Part shown: positions 37,649 through 46,289 of the stretch, piece after piece
Position numbering within the stretch: position 1 is the first letter of the stretch
Layout of the letters: each line of letters starts with the position of its first letter
Assembly (NCBI GenBank): GCA_016201735.1
Contig: JACQCH010000040.1
Location: 18,822 to 82,821 of the forward strand
Length of the DNA: 64,000 bases
Direction: 5' to 3'
From: Candidatus Omnitrophota bacterium
Lineage (GTDB): Bacteria > Omnitrophota > Gorgyraeia > 1-14-0-20-64-10
Made by a program: the position numbers and the translations under genes
The notes under the pieces: model-generated
The model's input: the letters and a program-made list of their open reading frames with translations, nothing else
Told to the model about the DNA's origin: nothing
Databases searched by the model: none

Positions 37649-38580
37649 AACCGAGGGTGGTGTACATCGCCCTGCAGCAGTTTTGCGAACAGGAGGGCCA
37701 TGCCCGCGAAACCTTGGAAGAAGCCGGGTTTCAGATCCTTCAGAATCAATTGGGCCGGCGGCTCCAGAGGGAGGAGATGCCGGAGATCCTTAAGGAAGCG
37801 GACGCGGTCCTGGCCGGTGTGGAACCTTACGATGCTCAACTGATTGCCGCTCTGCCCAAACTTAAATGCATCAGCCGCTGCGGCGTGGGAACCGAATCGG
37901 TGGACCTGGAGGCGGCCCGTCTCCATCGGATCGCCGTGTTGACCACTCCGGAGGAGGTGGTGGAGCCGGTGGCGCAGATGACCATCGGGATGATCCTCGC
38001 CCTGGCCAGGAACTTCCCGCAGCATCTGTCCGACGCCCGCCAGGGTCTCTGGAAGAAGCGGGTCGGATTCCTCCTTTCCGAATGGACGATCGGGATGGTG
38101 GGATTCGGTCGGATTGGGAGGGCAGTGGAACGAATTCTTCGAATCTTTGGTCCCAAGATTCGGGTGACCGATCCGAAGGCCGATCCGAGAAGCTTGCCCC
38201 CGGGCGTTGAGACCCGTGAGCTTTCCGCGCTGCTCGCGGAATCGGATCTGGTTTCCCTGCACGCCAGCCGCCGGCCGGAAGAAGGGCCTTTGCTGGGAGA
38301 GAGGGAGCTCCACCAGATGAGGCAGGGAAGTTATCTGGTCAACACCGCGCGGGGATCTCTGGTGGATGAAGCGGCGTTGGTTCGGGCGCTCGCCTCCGGG
38401 CATCTGGCGGCGGCCGCGTTGGATGTTTTCCAAACGGAGCCGGCCCAGAGCAGCCCGCTGTTTCAAATGCCGCAGGTCCTGTGCACTCCCCATGTAGGGA
38501 GTCTCACCCGGGCCTCCCGGGCGGCGATGGAGCTTAAATGCGCAAAAAACGTTGTGGAATTTTTTAATGGGTCCGCTTAG
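37645..38580 (+). CDS. D-isomer-specific 2-hydroxyacid dehydrogenase (SerA/GhrA/HprA-like)
   Basis: 'GMVGFGRIGRAVERIL' NAD-binding motif and a catalytic His region 'TPHVGSLT'. ATGA overlap. Confidence 0.75.
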   Translation: MKPRVVYIALQQFCEQEGHARETLEEAGFQILQNQLGRRLQREEMPEILKEADAVLAGVEPYDAQLIAALPKLKCISRCGVGTESVDLEAARLHRIAVLTTPEEVVEPVAQMTIGMILALARNFPQHLSDARQGLWKKRVGFLLSEWTIGMVGFGRIGRAVERILRIFGPKIRVTDPKADPRSLPPGVETRELSALLAESDLVSLHASRRPEEGPLLGERELHQMRQGSYLVNTARGSLVDEAALVRALASGHLAAAALDVFQTEPAQSSPLFQMPQVLCTPHVGSLTRASRAAMELKCAKNVVEFFNGSA

Positions 38581-39076
38581 TCTCGGCTGCGACCTGTGCC
38601 GGATCGGCGAGATGGATCGGATGCTCAAGGAGGATCCGGCCTCCACCCAGCGCCTATTTCATCCCGAGGAATGGGAATACGCCTTTTCTCGGACTCGACC
38701 GGAACAGCATCTGGCCGGTTTCTTCGCGGCCAAAGAGGCCCTGGCCAAGGCGATCCGGGAATCGACCCTGTTGGGAAAGTATCGCCAGGAAGTGATCGTC
38801 CGCCATCGAGAGGACGGCGCTCCCTACCTGGTCCTCTCCGATTCCTTGTCTGAAACCTTTTCGAATCTGGGGATGAAAATCCTGGATCTTTCCGTTTCCC
38901 ACGATGGGGACTACGCCATGGCCGCCGTCATCGTCCGGACACAGCCCCTGCAGTGCGCCAAGTGCTTGTTAAGCATAGACCATTTGAGGACCCAGCGGGT
39001 GGCGGAATGGCTGATGCCGGTAGAAACACGTGAGGGGACCCGGTTTCTTTGTCCCCCATGCCTGAGAGGTTGGTAG
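38567..39076 (+). CDS. acpS: AcpS-type 4'-phosphopantetheinyl transferase with C-terminal Cys-rich tail
   Basis: 'LGCDLCRIGEM' (Mg site) and 'FFAAKEALAKA' are AcpS motifs. A C-terminal ~45 aa extension carries 'CAKC...CPPC'. Confidence 0.55.
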   Translation: MGPLSLGCDLCRIGEMDRMLKEDPASTQRLFHPEEWEYAFSRTRPEQHLAGFFAAKEALAKAIRESTLLGKYRQEVIVRHREDGAPYLVLSDSLSETFSNLGMKILDLSVSHDGDYAMAAVIVRTQPLQCAKCLLSIDHLRTQRVAEWLMPVETREGTRFLCPPCLRGW

Positions 39077-39077
39077 G

Positions 39078-39317
39078 ATGGATCCGGCTCAAAGATTAAA
39101 AGAGACCATCTCCCGATACTGGAACCTGCCGGCGGAGCAGATCGATTGGGACATGGAATTCAACGACCGCAGGCTCGCGGCTTTCTCTTCGCTGCGGATG
39201 CTCCGTTTTTTGGCCAGCGTGGAGGAGCAGTTTCAGATCAACATCCAGGATTCGGATGCGGTCAAACGGTTCAAAGACCTCTGGATCCTTGTGGAGGGCA
39301 GATGCTCCGGCTCATAA
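39078..39317 (+). CDS. Acyl carrier protein
   Basis: 79 aa. '[24 protein letters not shown]' fits the ACP helix II pattern with Ser in the 'DSL' position. Immediately downstream of the PPTase. Confidence 0.6.
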   Translation: MDPAQRLKETISRYWNLPAEQIDWDMEFNDRRLAAFSSLRMLRFLASVEEQFQINIQDSDAVKRFKDLWILVEGRCSGS

Positions 39318-40024
39318 AAAAGAGCGCCCATCTCCCGTTTCGTTGGGCCTTCTTTAAGAGACTCGAAGGCCGGGTTGAGATTGGAAAGGCCTGCCGGGTC
39401 CCTTTTCATAACATCCGTTTCACCGTGCGCCGCTTGGTGGTCGGCGACTACGTCCGGTTTGGGGACCGGCTGTTCCTACAGGGAAACTCCTTCGTCTTCG
39501 GGAACCACTTCTTCTGCGGACCGGATGTTCAAATCACAGGGGTGGGCGGGACCTTTGAGGTGGGCAAATTCAGCTCCTTTGGATCGGACGTCCGGTTCCT
39601 CTTGGGCAAAGGAAATCATCGGATCCACTCCCTGTCCAGTTTTCCCTTCGGTAATCTGCCTCAGTTTGATGAGCCGGGATGGAGAGAGGCCTTTGCCCAC
39701 GAAGAGGAATCGAACACCTTCTGCAAGGTGGGGAATGACGTCTGGATTGGGATCGGAAGCGTGATCCTCCCCAACGTCACCATCGGGCATGGGGCCATCG
39801 TCACCGCCGGATCGGTGGTGACCGCCGACGTGCCCCCCTACGCCGTGGTGGGGGGGAATCCGGCGCAGATTATTTGCTTTCGATTCAAACAGATTCTGAT
39901 TCAGGAGCTTTTGGAAATCTGCTGGTGGGACTGGCCGGTGGAGAAGATCCGTCGGAACAAATCGTTCTTCACCCGGAACCTGTCCACCCGAACTTCTCTG
40001 GAATCCGTGGAGATCGCCCCCTAG
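39302..40024 (+). CDS. Hexapeptide-repeat (left-handed beta-helix) acyltransferase
   Basis: Internal ATG 39302 overlaps the ACP stop. Repeats '[31 protein letters not shown]'. The ORF 39146 5' extension across the ACP gene is rejected. Confidence 0.65.
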   Translation: MLRLIKKSAHLPFRWAFFKRLEGRVEIGKACRVPFHNIRFTVRRLVVGDYVRFGDRLFLQGNSFVFGNHFFCGPDVQITGVGGTFEVGKFSSFGSDVRFLLGKGNHRIHSLSSFPFGNLPQFDEPGWREAFAHEEESNTFCKVGNDVWIGIGSVILPNVTIGHGAIVTAGSVVTADVPPYAVVGGNPAQIICFRFKQILIQELLEICWWDWPVEKIRRNKSFFTRNLSTRTSLESVEIAP

Positions 40025-40025
40025 G

Positions 40026-41867
40026 ATGTCGGACCTGGCCGCGTTGAAACAAAAAATTCTTCAGGTGATGGCGGAGGCCTCCGAATCGGACGCCGCCTAC
40101 GTCCAGGCGGCGGACCTCCTCCAGGGAGCGTCTCTCGAAGGGCTCCCCCCGCTGCGGCTGGCGGTCCTGCGCTCCTTCACCATTGAACCCCTGATCGAGG
40201 TCTTGAAGGTTAAGCTCTTCCTCGAAGGATACCGGCTCGAACTGTTTTTGAACGAGTTTAACCAGGTGGAGCAGGAGATCCTCGATCCTCAGAGCCGGTT
40301 TTACCGGTTCTCTCCCCAAGTCGTTTTCTTGGCCGTCCGGCTGGAGGAACTGTGCCCGGCTCTGTTGAAGGGGAGATCCCGCTTGAGTCCCCCGCAGTTG
40401 GAGGAGATGGAGAAGGAGGTTCTCTCAACCCTTTCCGGCTGGATTGAGATGATGATCCGTCAGGGAATACCCAACTTCCTGCTTTCCAACTTCTTGGTTC
40501 CTCCCGCGGGACCCCAGGGGATTTTCGACCTCCAGACTCCCGCCGGCCAGATCCCGGTGATCCGCCGACTGAATTTAAAACTCCTCTCCCTGCGGGAACC
40601 GTTTCCGCAGATGATTCTTTTTGACCTGGAGTTGTTGGCCTCCGGCCTGGGCAAAGCTCAGTTCCTGGATCCGCTTCAGTATTATCGGATGTCCAATCCG
40701 TACGCCCTGTCTGCCTATCCGGCCTATGGGGAATTCCTGTTGAGACATCTGAAAGCCCTGCTGGGCCACCGCCGGAAATGCCTCGTGTTAGACCTGGACG
40801 ACACCCTTTGGGGAGGGGTCCTCGGGGAGGAGGGAATCCAAGGGGTGAAACTCTCCGACACCTATCCTGGAAACTGCTACAAGGATTTCCAGAAGGGCCT
40901 TCTGGAGCTTCACGACCGGGGGATCTTGTTGGCCGTCAACAGCAAAAACAATCTTGACGAGGCATTGGCGATGATCCGGACTCACCCGGAGATGATCCTC
41001 CGGGAGGAGTCCTTCAGCGCCGTTCGGATCAACTGGAAGGACAAGGCCGAAAACCTTCTGGAGATCGCCCAGGAGCTGAACCTGGGGCTGGATGCGTTCG
41101 TCTTCATGGACGATAGCCCTGCGGAATGTCAGAGAATCCGGGAGGCCTTCCCGGAAGTGATGGTCGCTGAGCTGTCCAAGCAGGCGCATCGGTTCCGATC
41201 GGTCCTGGAGAACTTGGGCTGTTTCGAACAGATCGCACTGACTCCCGAGGATCGGTCCCGGACCGATTTGTACCGAACTCAAGGACAGCGGCAGAAACTT
41301 GCCTCACAGTCCGGGAATCTGGAGGAGTTTTACGCGGGCCTGAAGATGTGCGCCACGCTGTACCGCAATGATCCCCGTCATGTTTCCCGGATCGCCCAGA
41401 TCACTCAGAAAACCAATCAGTTTAATCTCACCACGCGGCGATACACCGAATCGGAGATCCTCCGATTCATGAAGCAAGGAATGGTGTACGCCCTCCGGCT
41501 GGAGGACCGGTTCGGGGACAACGGAATTATCGCCGCCGCTATTGTTCTTCCCAAGGGTACGAGTGGAGAGTGGGTCATTGATTCGTTTCTCATGAGCTGC
41601 CGGGTGATCCTGCGGACCGTTGAGGATACCTTCCTGGGGATCATCGCTCAGGAGGCGGAAGAAGCGGGCAAAAAACAATTGGTCGGAATCTACCTCCCTA
41701 CGGCTCGCAACGGCATGGTGAATGAATTTTATCTCAAGCGAGGGTTCCGACTGCGGCGGCAAGAGCCTTCCGGTGAGATGGAATACCTCCTGGAGCTGGG
41801 TGGTCCAGAGGGGGTGAGGCCTTCCCCTTGGATCCAGCTTAAAACAGAGGTGGAGATCCCCCGGTGA
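40026..41867 (+). CDS. FkbH-like HAD-superfamily protein (glyceryl-ACP-forming phosphatase/transferase family)
   Basis: 'CLVLDLDDTLWGGVLGEEG' is the HAD motif I, which is the FkbH signature. 613 aa, consistent with FkbH-domain proteins. Confidence 0.7.
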   Translation: MSDLAALKQKILQVMAEASESDAAYVQAADLLQGASLEGLPPLRLAVLRSFTIEPLIEVLKVKLFLEGYRLELFLNEFNQVEQEILDPQSRFYRFSPQVVFLAVRLEELCPALLKGRSRLSPPQLEEMEKEVLSTLSGWIEMMIRQGIPNFLLSNFLVPPAGPQGIFDLQTPAGQIPVIRRLNLKLLSLREPFPQMILFDLELLASGLGKAQFLDPLQYYRMSNPYALSAYPAYGEFLLRHLKALLGHRRKCLVLDLDDTLWGGVLGEEGIQGVKLSDTYPGNCYKDFQKGLLELHDRGILLAVNSKNNLDEALAMIRTHPEMILREESFSAVRINWKDKAENLLEIAQELNLGLDAFVFMDDSPAECQRIREAFPEVMVAELSKQAHRFRSVLENLGCFEQIALTPEDRSRTDLYRTQGQRQKLASQSGNLEEFYAGLKMCATLYRNDPRHVSRIAQITQKTNQFNLTTRRYTESEILRFMKQGMVYALRLEDRFGDNGIIAAAIVLPKGTSGEWVIDSFLMSCRVILRTVEDTFLGIIAQEAEEAGKKQLVGIYLPTARNGMVNEFYLKRGFRLRRQEPSGEMEYLLELGGPEGVRPSPWIQLKTEVEIPR

Positions 41868-43083
41868 CCATGAACTGCTGGCCGGTGGTATAAGCCGTAT
41901 ATGGAGAGGCAAGGATGAGGATGGCTTTTGCCACGTCCAAAGGCTGGCAGTTCCGCTTCATCGGGGTGGAATCGGCGATTCGCTGGAACGCCTGGTCGGA
42001 AAGGGTGTTGGTCAAATCGGTGGGAGTGATGTTCGGAGTGACCAGGTTGACCCGGATGTTGCGCCCGGCATATTCGGCAGCGAGGGCACGGCTGAGACCA
42101 ACCAGTCCCGACTTGGAGGTGATGTACCGAACCTGGTGGGGAACCGGAGACTCCACGAAAACGGTGGAGACATTGACGATGTTTCCTCCTCCCTGGCGAA
42201 GCATCGAAGGGATCACCCCTTGACAGCACAAGAAGGCCCCTTTCACGGTCACGTTGAGTTCTTCCTGCAGGGCCTCCCAGGTCAGCTCTTCAAACCGCAG
42301 GGGGCTGGCATCGCGGACGGCGTTGTTGACCAGCACATCAATCCGCTTAAACTCCGCCAGGGTCTTCTCCACCATGGCCTCCACCTCGCTGGGGACCGAG
42401 ACGTCCGCGCCGACGGCGATGGCCCGCCGTTTGTGGGCGGTGATCTCCCGGACAATGGCTTCCGCGTCCGATTTTCCGTTCCGGTAATTCACCACGACGT
42501 TGGCGCCGCGCGAGGCGAACAGCTTAGCCGTCGTCTCGCCGATCCCCCGGCTGGCCCCCGTGATCAGGACGGTCCGATCGGTGAAATCCAGGTTCAAATC
42601 CAGATCTTGAAGTTCAGACATGGTGACTCCTTTTTTTGCCGGGGGAGAGACGTAGACCTCGATCTTTCCCTCCGTGATCGGTTGTTGCGTCGAGAGATTC
42701 GTCAACAAAACGTGGAGCTTGATGATCCTTGTTCCGATGCTCTTGGACACCACCCGGCCCGAAACCCGAATCCGATCCCCGATGCGCGCGGGAGCCAAAA
42801 AGGAGGCTTCCACCCCCAAGAGGATGGCGTTTTTACCGGGAAGAACCATCCCCACCATGGCCGAGAGGGCGGTGAAGGGAAGCATCCCGTGGACCACCCG
42901 CCCCCGGAAACGGCTGCGTCTTGCAAATTCGGAATCCAGGTGCAAGTCGGAGAAATCCCCTGACAGATGGGCAAAGCTCTGCACATCCTGCTCCTCCACC
43001 AAGAGATCGAACTGGGCCTTGAGGTCCACCTCAATCTCTTCGAGCGTGTAGGAATTGTGCCGCATCTCCGAGAGGATTTGCAT
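41839..43083 (-). CDS. MaoC-like (hotdog) dehydratase fused to FabG-like 3-oxoacyl reductase (SDR)
   Basis: N-terminus 'SGDFSDLHLDSEFA' is the MaoC motif. C-terminus 'VLITGASRGIGETTAKLFASRGANVVV' and 'YITSKSGL' are SDR motifs. The only minus-strand gene in the window. Confidence 0.7.
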   Translation of the reverse strand: MQILSEMRHNSYTLEEIEVDLKAQFDLLVEEQDVQSFAHLSGDFSDLHLDSEFARRSRFRGRVVHGMLPFTALSAMVGMVLPGKNAILLGVEASFLAPARIGDRIRVSGRVVSKSIGTRIIKLHVLLTNLSTQQPITEGKIEVYVSPPAKKGVTMSELQDLDLNLDFTDRTVLITGASRGIGETTAKLFASRGANVVVNYRNGKSDAEAIVREITAHKRRAIAVGADVSVPSEVEAMVEKTLAEFKRIDVLVNNAVRDASPLRFEELTWEALQEELNVTVKGAFLCCQGVIPSMLRQGGGNIVNVSTVFVESPVPHQVRYITSKSGLVGLSRALAAEYAGRNIRVNLVTPNITPTDLTNTLSDQAFQRIADSTPMKRNCQPLDVAKAILILASPYTAYTTGQQFMVTGGSPPLF

Positions 43084-43102
43084 CGAGGGTTTTCATTTTA
43101 CC

Positions 43103-44035
43103 ATGGCAAGACCAACGGTTTCAGTAATCATTCCAGCCTACAATAAGGCGCGAACGATCCGGGCCGCGGTCCGATCCGTCCTGGAGCAGACGTTCACCGA
43201 TCTGGAGATCCTGGTCGTGGACGACGGCTCCACGGACGAGACGCCCGTGAGGATTCAGGGATTGAGCCCCCGGGTCCGATATTTCCGCCAGGACAGGCAA
43301 GGGGTCTCCGAGGCCAGAAATCGGGGGATCCGGGAAGCCCAGGGGGAGATCGTGGCCTTTTTGGATGGGGATGATTTGTGGCTTCCCGAGAAACTCCAGC
43401 GGCAAATGGGGGTATTGGAACAGGAGCCCCGCGTCGACGCCGTCCAGTGTAGCGTCTATCTGGTCAACGACGCCCTGGAGGTGCTCTCGGCCCGCCGCTG
43501 TGATCCGAAACAAGATGCCCTGTTGGATTTTCTTCTGTTCCGGAATCTCCCCGGGTTCGGGTCCACCCTGTTGGCCCGCAAGCGGCGGATCGAGAGCTGC
43601 GGGGGATTTGGGCGGGATCTGGTGATCTTGGAAGATTGGGACTTGGCCTGCCGCTTGTCTCGGGACAACGCCTTGAAAAGCCTTCCGGACTTTCTGGTCC
43701 TGTACCGCCAACATGCCGGGAATAGAAGCCGTCAGGTGGAGATCCACGTCGAGCCCGGATTCCGCTCTTTAGAGAGGCTCTTTTCGGATCCCACTCTGGA
43801 GAGCTCCATCCGCAGCCGGGAGGACCGGATCTGGGCCCGTTTCTTTGCCATGCTGGCCGGCGGATACGCTCAGAACCGCCAATGGAAAGAAACCTTGTAC
43901 TGGGGCGCCCGGGCCGTGGGAAAATCTCCCCAGGTGCTCGGATACTTGGCGGGCCTCCCCGTTCGATGGGTCGATCGGTTTTCTATGCGAAACAAACGGA
44001 TCACGCTGGATGAGAGCCTGTCCCATCTGTCGTAA
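43103..44035 (+). CDS. Glycosyltransferase family 2
   Basis: 'PTVSVIIPAYNKARTIRAAVRSVLEQTFTDLEILVVDDGSTDET' and 'LDGDD'. Confidence 0.7.
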   Translation: MARPTVSVIIPAYNKARTIRAAVRSVLEQTFTDLEILVVDDGSTDETPVRIQGLSPRVRYFRQDRQGVSEARNRGIREAQGEIVAFLDGDDLWLPEKLQRQMGVLEQEPRVDAVQCSVYLVNDALEVLSARRCDPKQDALLDFLLFRNLPGFGSTLLARKRRIESCGGFGRDLVILEDWDLACRLSRDNALKSLPDFLVLYRQHAGNRSRQVEIHVEPGFRSLERLFSDPTLESSIRSREDRIWARFFAMLAGGYAQNRQWKETLYWGARAVGKSPQVLGYLAGLPVRWVDRFSMRNKRITLDESLSHLS

Positions 44036-44897
44036 CACGAATCCCGATCGGTTCCCAGCGGGAGAGGAGCCGTCGAATCTGCTCAGGTGTCGTCGGTGCA
44101 GGGCGGCCTATTGGGAAACCGGTTGGGACGAGACCCAAGTCGCCACTCATTACTCCCATTACTACTCCGCCGACGGCGTCCGCTACGACCCTTTGACGCA
44201 GAGACGGTATCTGAGCTTGCTGGATCGGTTCGAACGACATCTTCCGGTGGGACGACTGCTGGACATCGGCTGCGGGGCAGGGCATTTTCTGGCCGTGGCC
44301 GAATCCAGAGGTTGGAAAGCGGTGGGGATGGAGGTTTCTCGGTCCGCCCTGGAGATGCTGACCCGGTTAAAACAGGAGAACCGTCTTCACTTTGCGATTC
44401 TGAACAAGCCGCATGAATTGGCCGGTCTTCCGGATGGCTGTTTTCAGGTGGTGACCCTTTTTGAAGTCCTGGAGCATTTGGAGAACCCGCTGGATATTCT
44501 CCAGCAGGCCTACCGGGTATTGTCCCCAGGGGGGATTTTGTATTTGACGACGCCTAATTTTAACAGCCTCTCGCGGTTTCTGTTAGGCCGCCGCTGGAGG
44601 GTCATCGATGAGGAACACCGGTGTTTATTGACTCCAAGGGCGTTGGTCTGGGCCTTAAACAACGTCGGTTTCCATCCCCATCAGACCCTCACGAAGAATC
44701 TGGACATCCCGGAGATGATCTCCAAGGGCCTGAGAAAGAAGAATGCAAAACACCCGACGGCCGCCGATTCCGCTTCCCAACGGTTCCGGCAGACCGTGGA
44801 AGAGAACCGATGGCTGAAAGGGCTCAAAGGGACCGCCAACGCGGCTTTGAACATCTTTCGGTGCGGGGACACCATTGAGGTTCTGGCTCTGAAATGA
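44010..44897 (+). CDS. Class I SAM-dependent methyltransferase with N-terminal zinc-ribbon
   Basis: 'CPICR...CRRC', then 'RLLDIGCGAGHFL' (motif I) and 'VVTLFEVLEHLENP' (motif II/III). Confidence 0.65.
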   Translation: MRACPICRNTNPDRFPAGEEPSNLLRCRRCRAAYWETGWDETQVATHYSHYYSADGVRYDPLTQRRYLSLLDRFERHLPVGRLLDIGCGAGHFLAVAESRGWKAVGMEVSRSALEMLTRLKQENRLHFAILNKPHELAGLPDGCFQVVTLFEVLEHLENPLDILQQAYRVLSPGGILYLTTPNFNSLSRFLLGRRWRVIDEEHRCLLTPRALVWALNNVGFHPHQTLTKNLDIPEMISKGLRKKNAKHPTAADSASQRFRQTVEENRWLKGLKGTANAALNIFRCGDTIEVLALK

Positions 44898-46276
44898 AGA
44901 TTCGAAACCTTCTGATCGGTTTAGGAGGAGCCTTGGGGTTGTGGATGACCTTTTCACCTGGGTCTTTATTTATTTTTTTTATGGCTGCCGGAACCGGCGG
45001 ACTGCTCTGGAGGTGTAGCCATCCGGAAGATCGCCGATTTCTTCTGGCCCTGTTCTTGGCCGGGTTTCTCATCCGGTGCATGGTGTCGCTCAGCTTGGAT
45101 GGATTGGCCTTCTATGTTGAAAGGGGCCGGCCGTTCCAGAAAGGTCAGGCCATGGAATCCGGGATCGAGATCTTTGACCATACTCGGCGCTCGATACAGA
45201 TGGGGGACAGCGACTATTACTCCGAACGGGGATACGCCCTGGCCCAACACGCCAAAGGGACACTCTCCTCCCTTCCTGCTTCTTACCGGGCCGAATATGG
45301 GCGCAGCGGCTATCTCCACATCATCGGAGCCTTCTACTACCTCTTTGATTTTAGCCCAATTGCCGTGAAGTTCATCAACTGCCTGTTGGGGGCCTTGTTG
45401 GGGCCCATTCTGTTTTACCTCGGAAAGGAATGTTTCTCTAGAGAGGTGGCCCGCTGGGCCAGCGGGACGGCCAGTTTCTTTCCCTCTCTCATCCTCTGGT
45501 CGGCCAGCAATTTGAAAGATACCCTCCTGATTCTTTTGACCGGGTTGATCTTCCTTGTTTTTGTCAAGATCCGGAAGGCCTCCCAGTGGACCAAGACTCT
45601 GGGCGGCTCTGTGGTATTCGGCGGCTTGCTGGCCATTCATACGACGCTGCGCTCATCGGCCTACTCAATGCTGCTGGTCGGGGCCTTGCTCCTTTCGATC
45701 TTTTTCACAAGTCGGATTCGTCGGATCGTTAAGGGGGAATTCCTCTTTTTCCTGACGGCGGGATTGCTTTATTATCAGACCCATCTCAAGCGGTTCCTGG
45801 CGTCTCTTTTCCTAATCCATGTGGGGCATATCACCACTCAGGGAACCACCTACCGGTTCCTCCCGGACGAACTTTACATCCGTGAGATCCTGACGGCCTG
45901 GAGCCGTTCAAGTGGATGGGGCCTGTCCATTCTGTCCTGGGTGGGGAAGGCCCTGTTTCATTACCTTCTGGAACCTCTTCCCGGAAAGATCTCGGGCCTC
46001 TTTTTATCGCTGGCTTACCCTCAGACGATCCTCTGGTATCTTCTTCTACCGTTCATCATTTGGGGGGTGCTTCTTTCACTTCGATGGAATTTTCGTCGGT
46101 CCTTTTTTCTGGTCGGTTCACTGGGAGGATGGATTCTCCTAACCGCGCTGACCAGCGGCAACATCGGGACCGTCTTTCGGATGCGGGACATGGTGACGCC
46201 GTTTCTGTTCCTGTTCGGGTGGGTGGGGATTCGTCATTTCCTGAAAGGAGAAAGGCCGGATGCCGTGGGTGGATGA
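44894..46276 (+). CDS. Polytopic integral membrane protein (possible O-unit polymerase or GT-C-type)
   Basis: More than 10 hydrophobic segments, 460 aa, ATGA overlap. No diagnostic motif recognised. Confidence 0.45.
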   Translation: MKIRNLLIGLGGALGLWMTFSPGSLFIFFMAAGTGGLLWRCSHPEDRRFLLALFLAGFLIRCMVSLSLDGLAFYVERGRPFQKGQAMESGIEIFDHTRRSIQMGDSDYYSERGYALAQHAKGTLSSLPASYRAEYGRSGYLHIIGAFYYLFDFSPIAVKFINCLLGALLGPILFYLGKECFSREVARWASGTASFFPSLILWSASNLKDTLLILLTGLIFLVFVKIRKASQWTKTLGGSVVFGGLLAIHTTLRSSAYSMLLVGALLLSIFFTSRIRRIVKGEFLFFLTAGLLYYQTHLKRFLASLFLIHVGHITTQGTTYRFLPDELYIREILTAWSRSSGWGLSILSWVGKALFHYLLEPLPGKISGLFLSLAYPQTILWYLLLPFIIWGVLLSLRWNFRRSFFLVGSLGGWILLTALTSGNIGTVFRMRDMVTPFLFLFGWVGIRHFLKGERPDAVGG

Positions 46277-46289
46277 GAAGGGGCGTTTC

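Noticed and set aside
43055-43102. TTG 43055 as the start of the GT2 gene
   Set aside because: - It would overlap the N-terminus of the divergent - strand MaoC::FabG gene.
- ATG 43103 gives the canonical GT2 N-terminus ('TVSVIIPAYN') directly.
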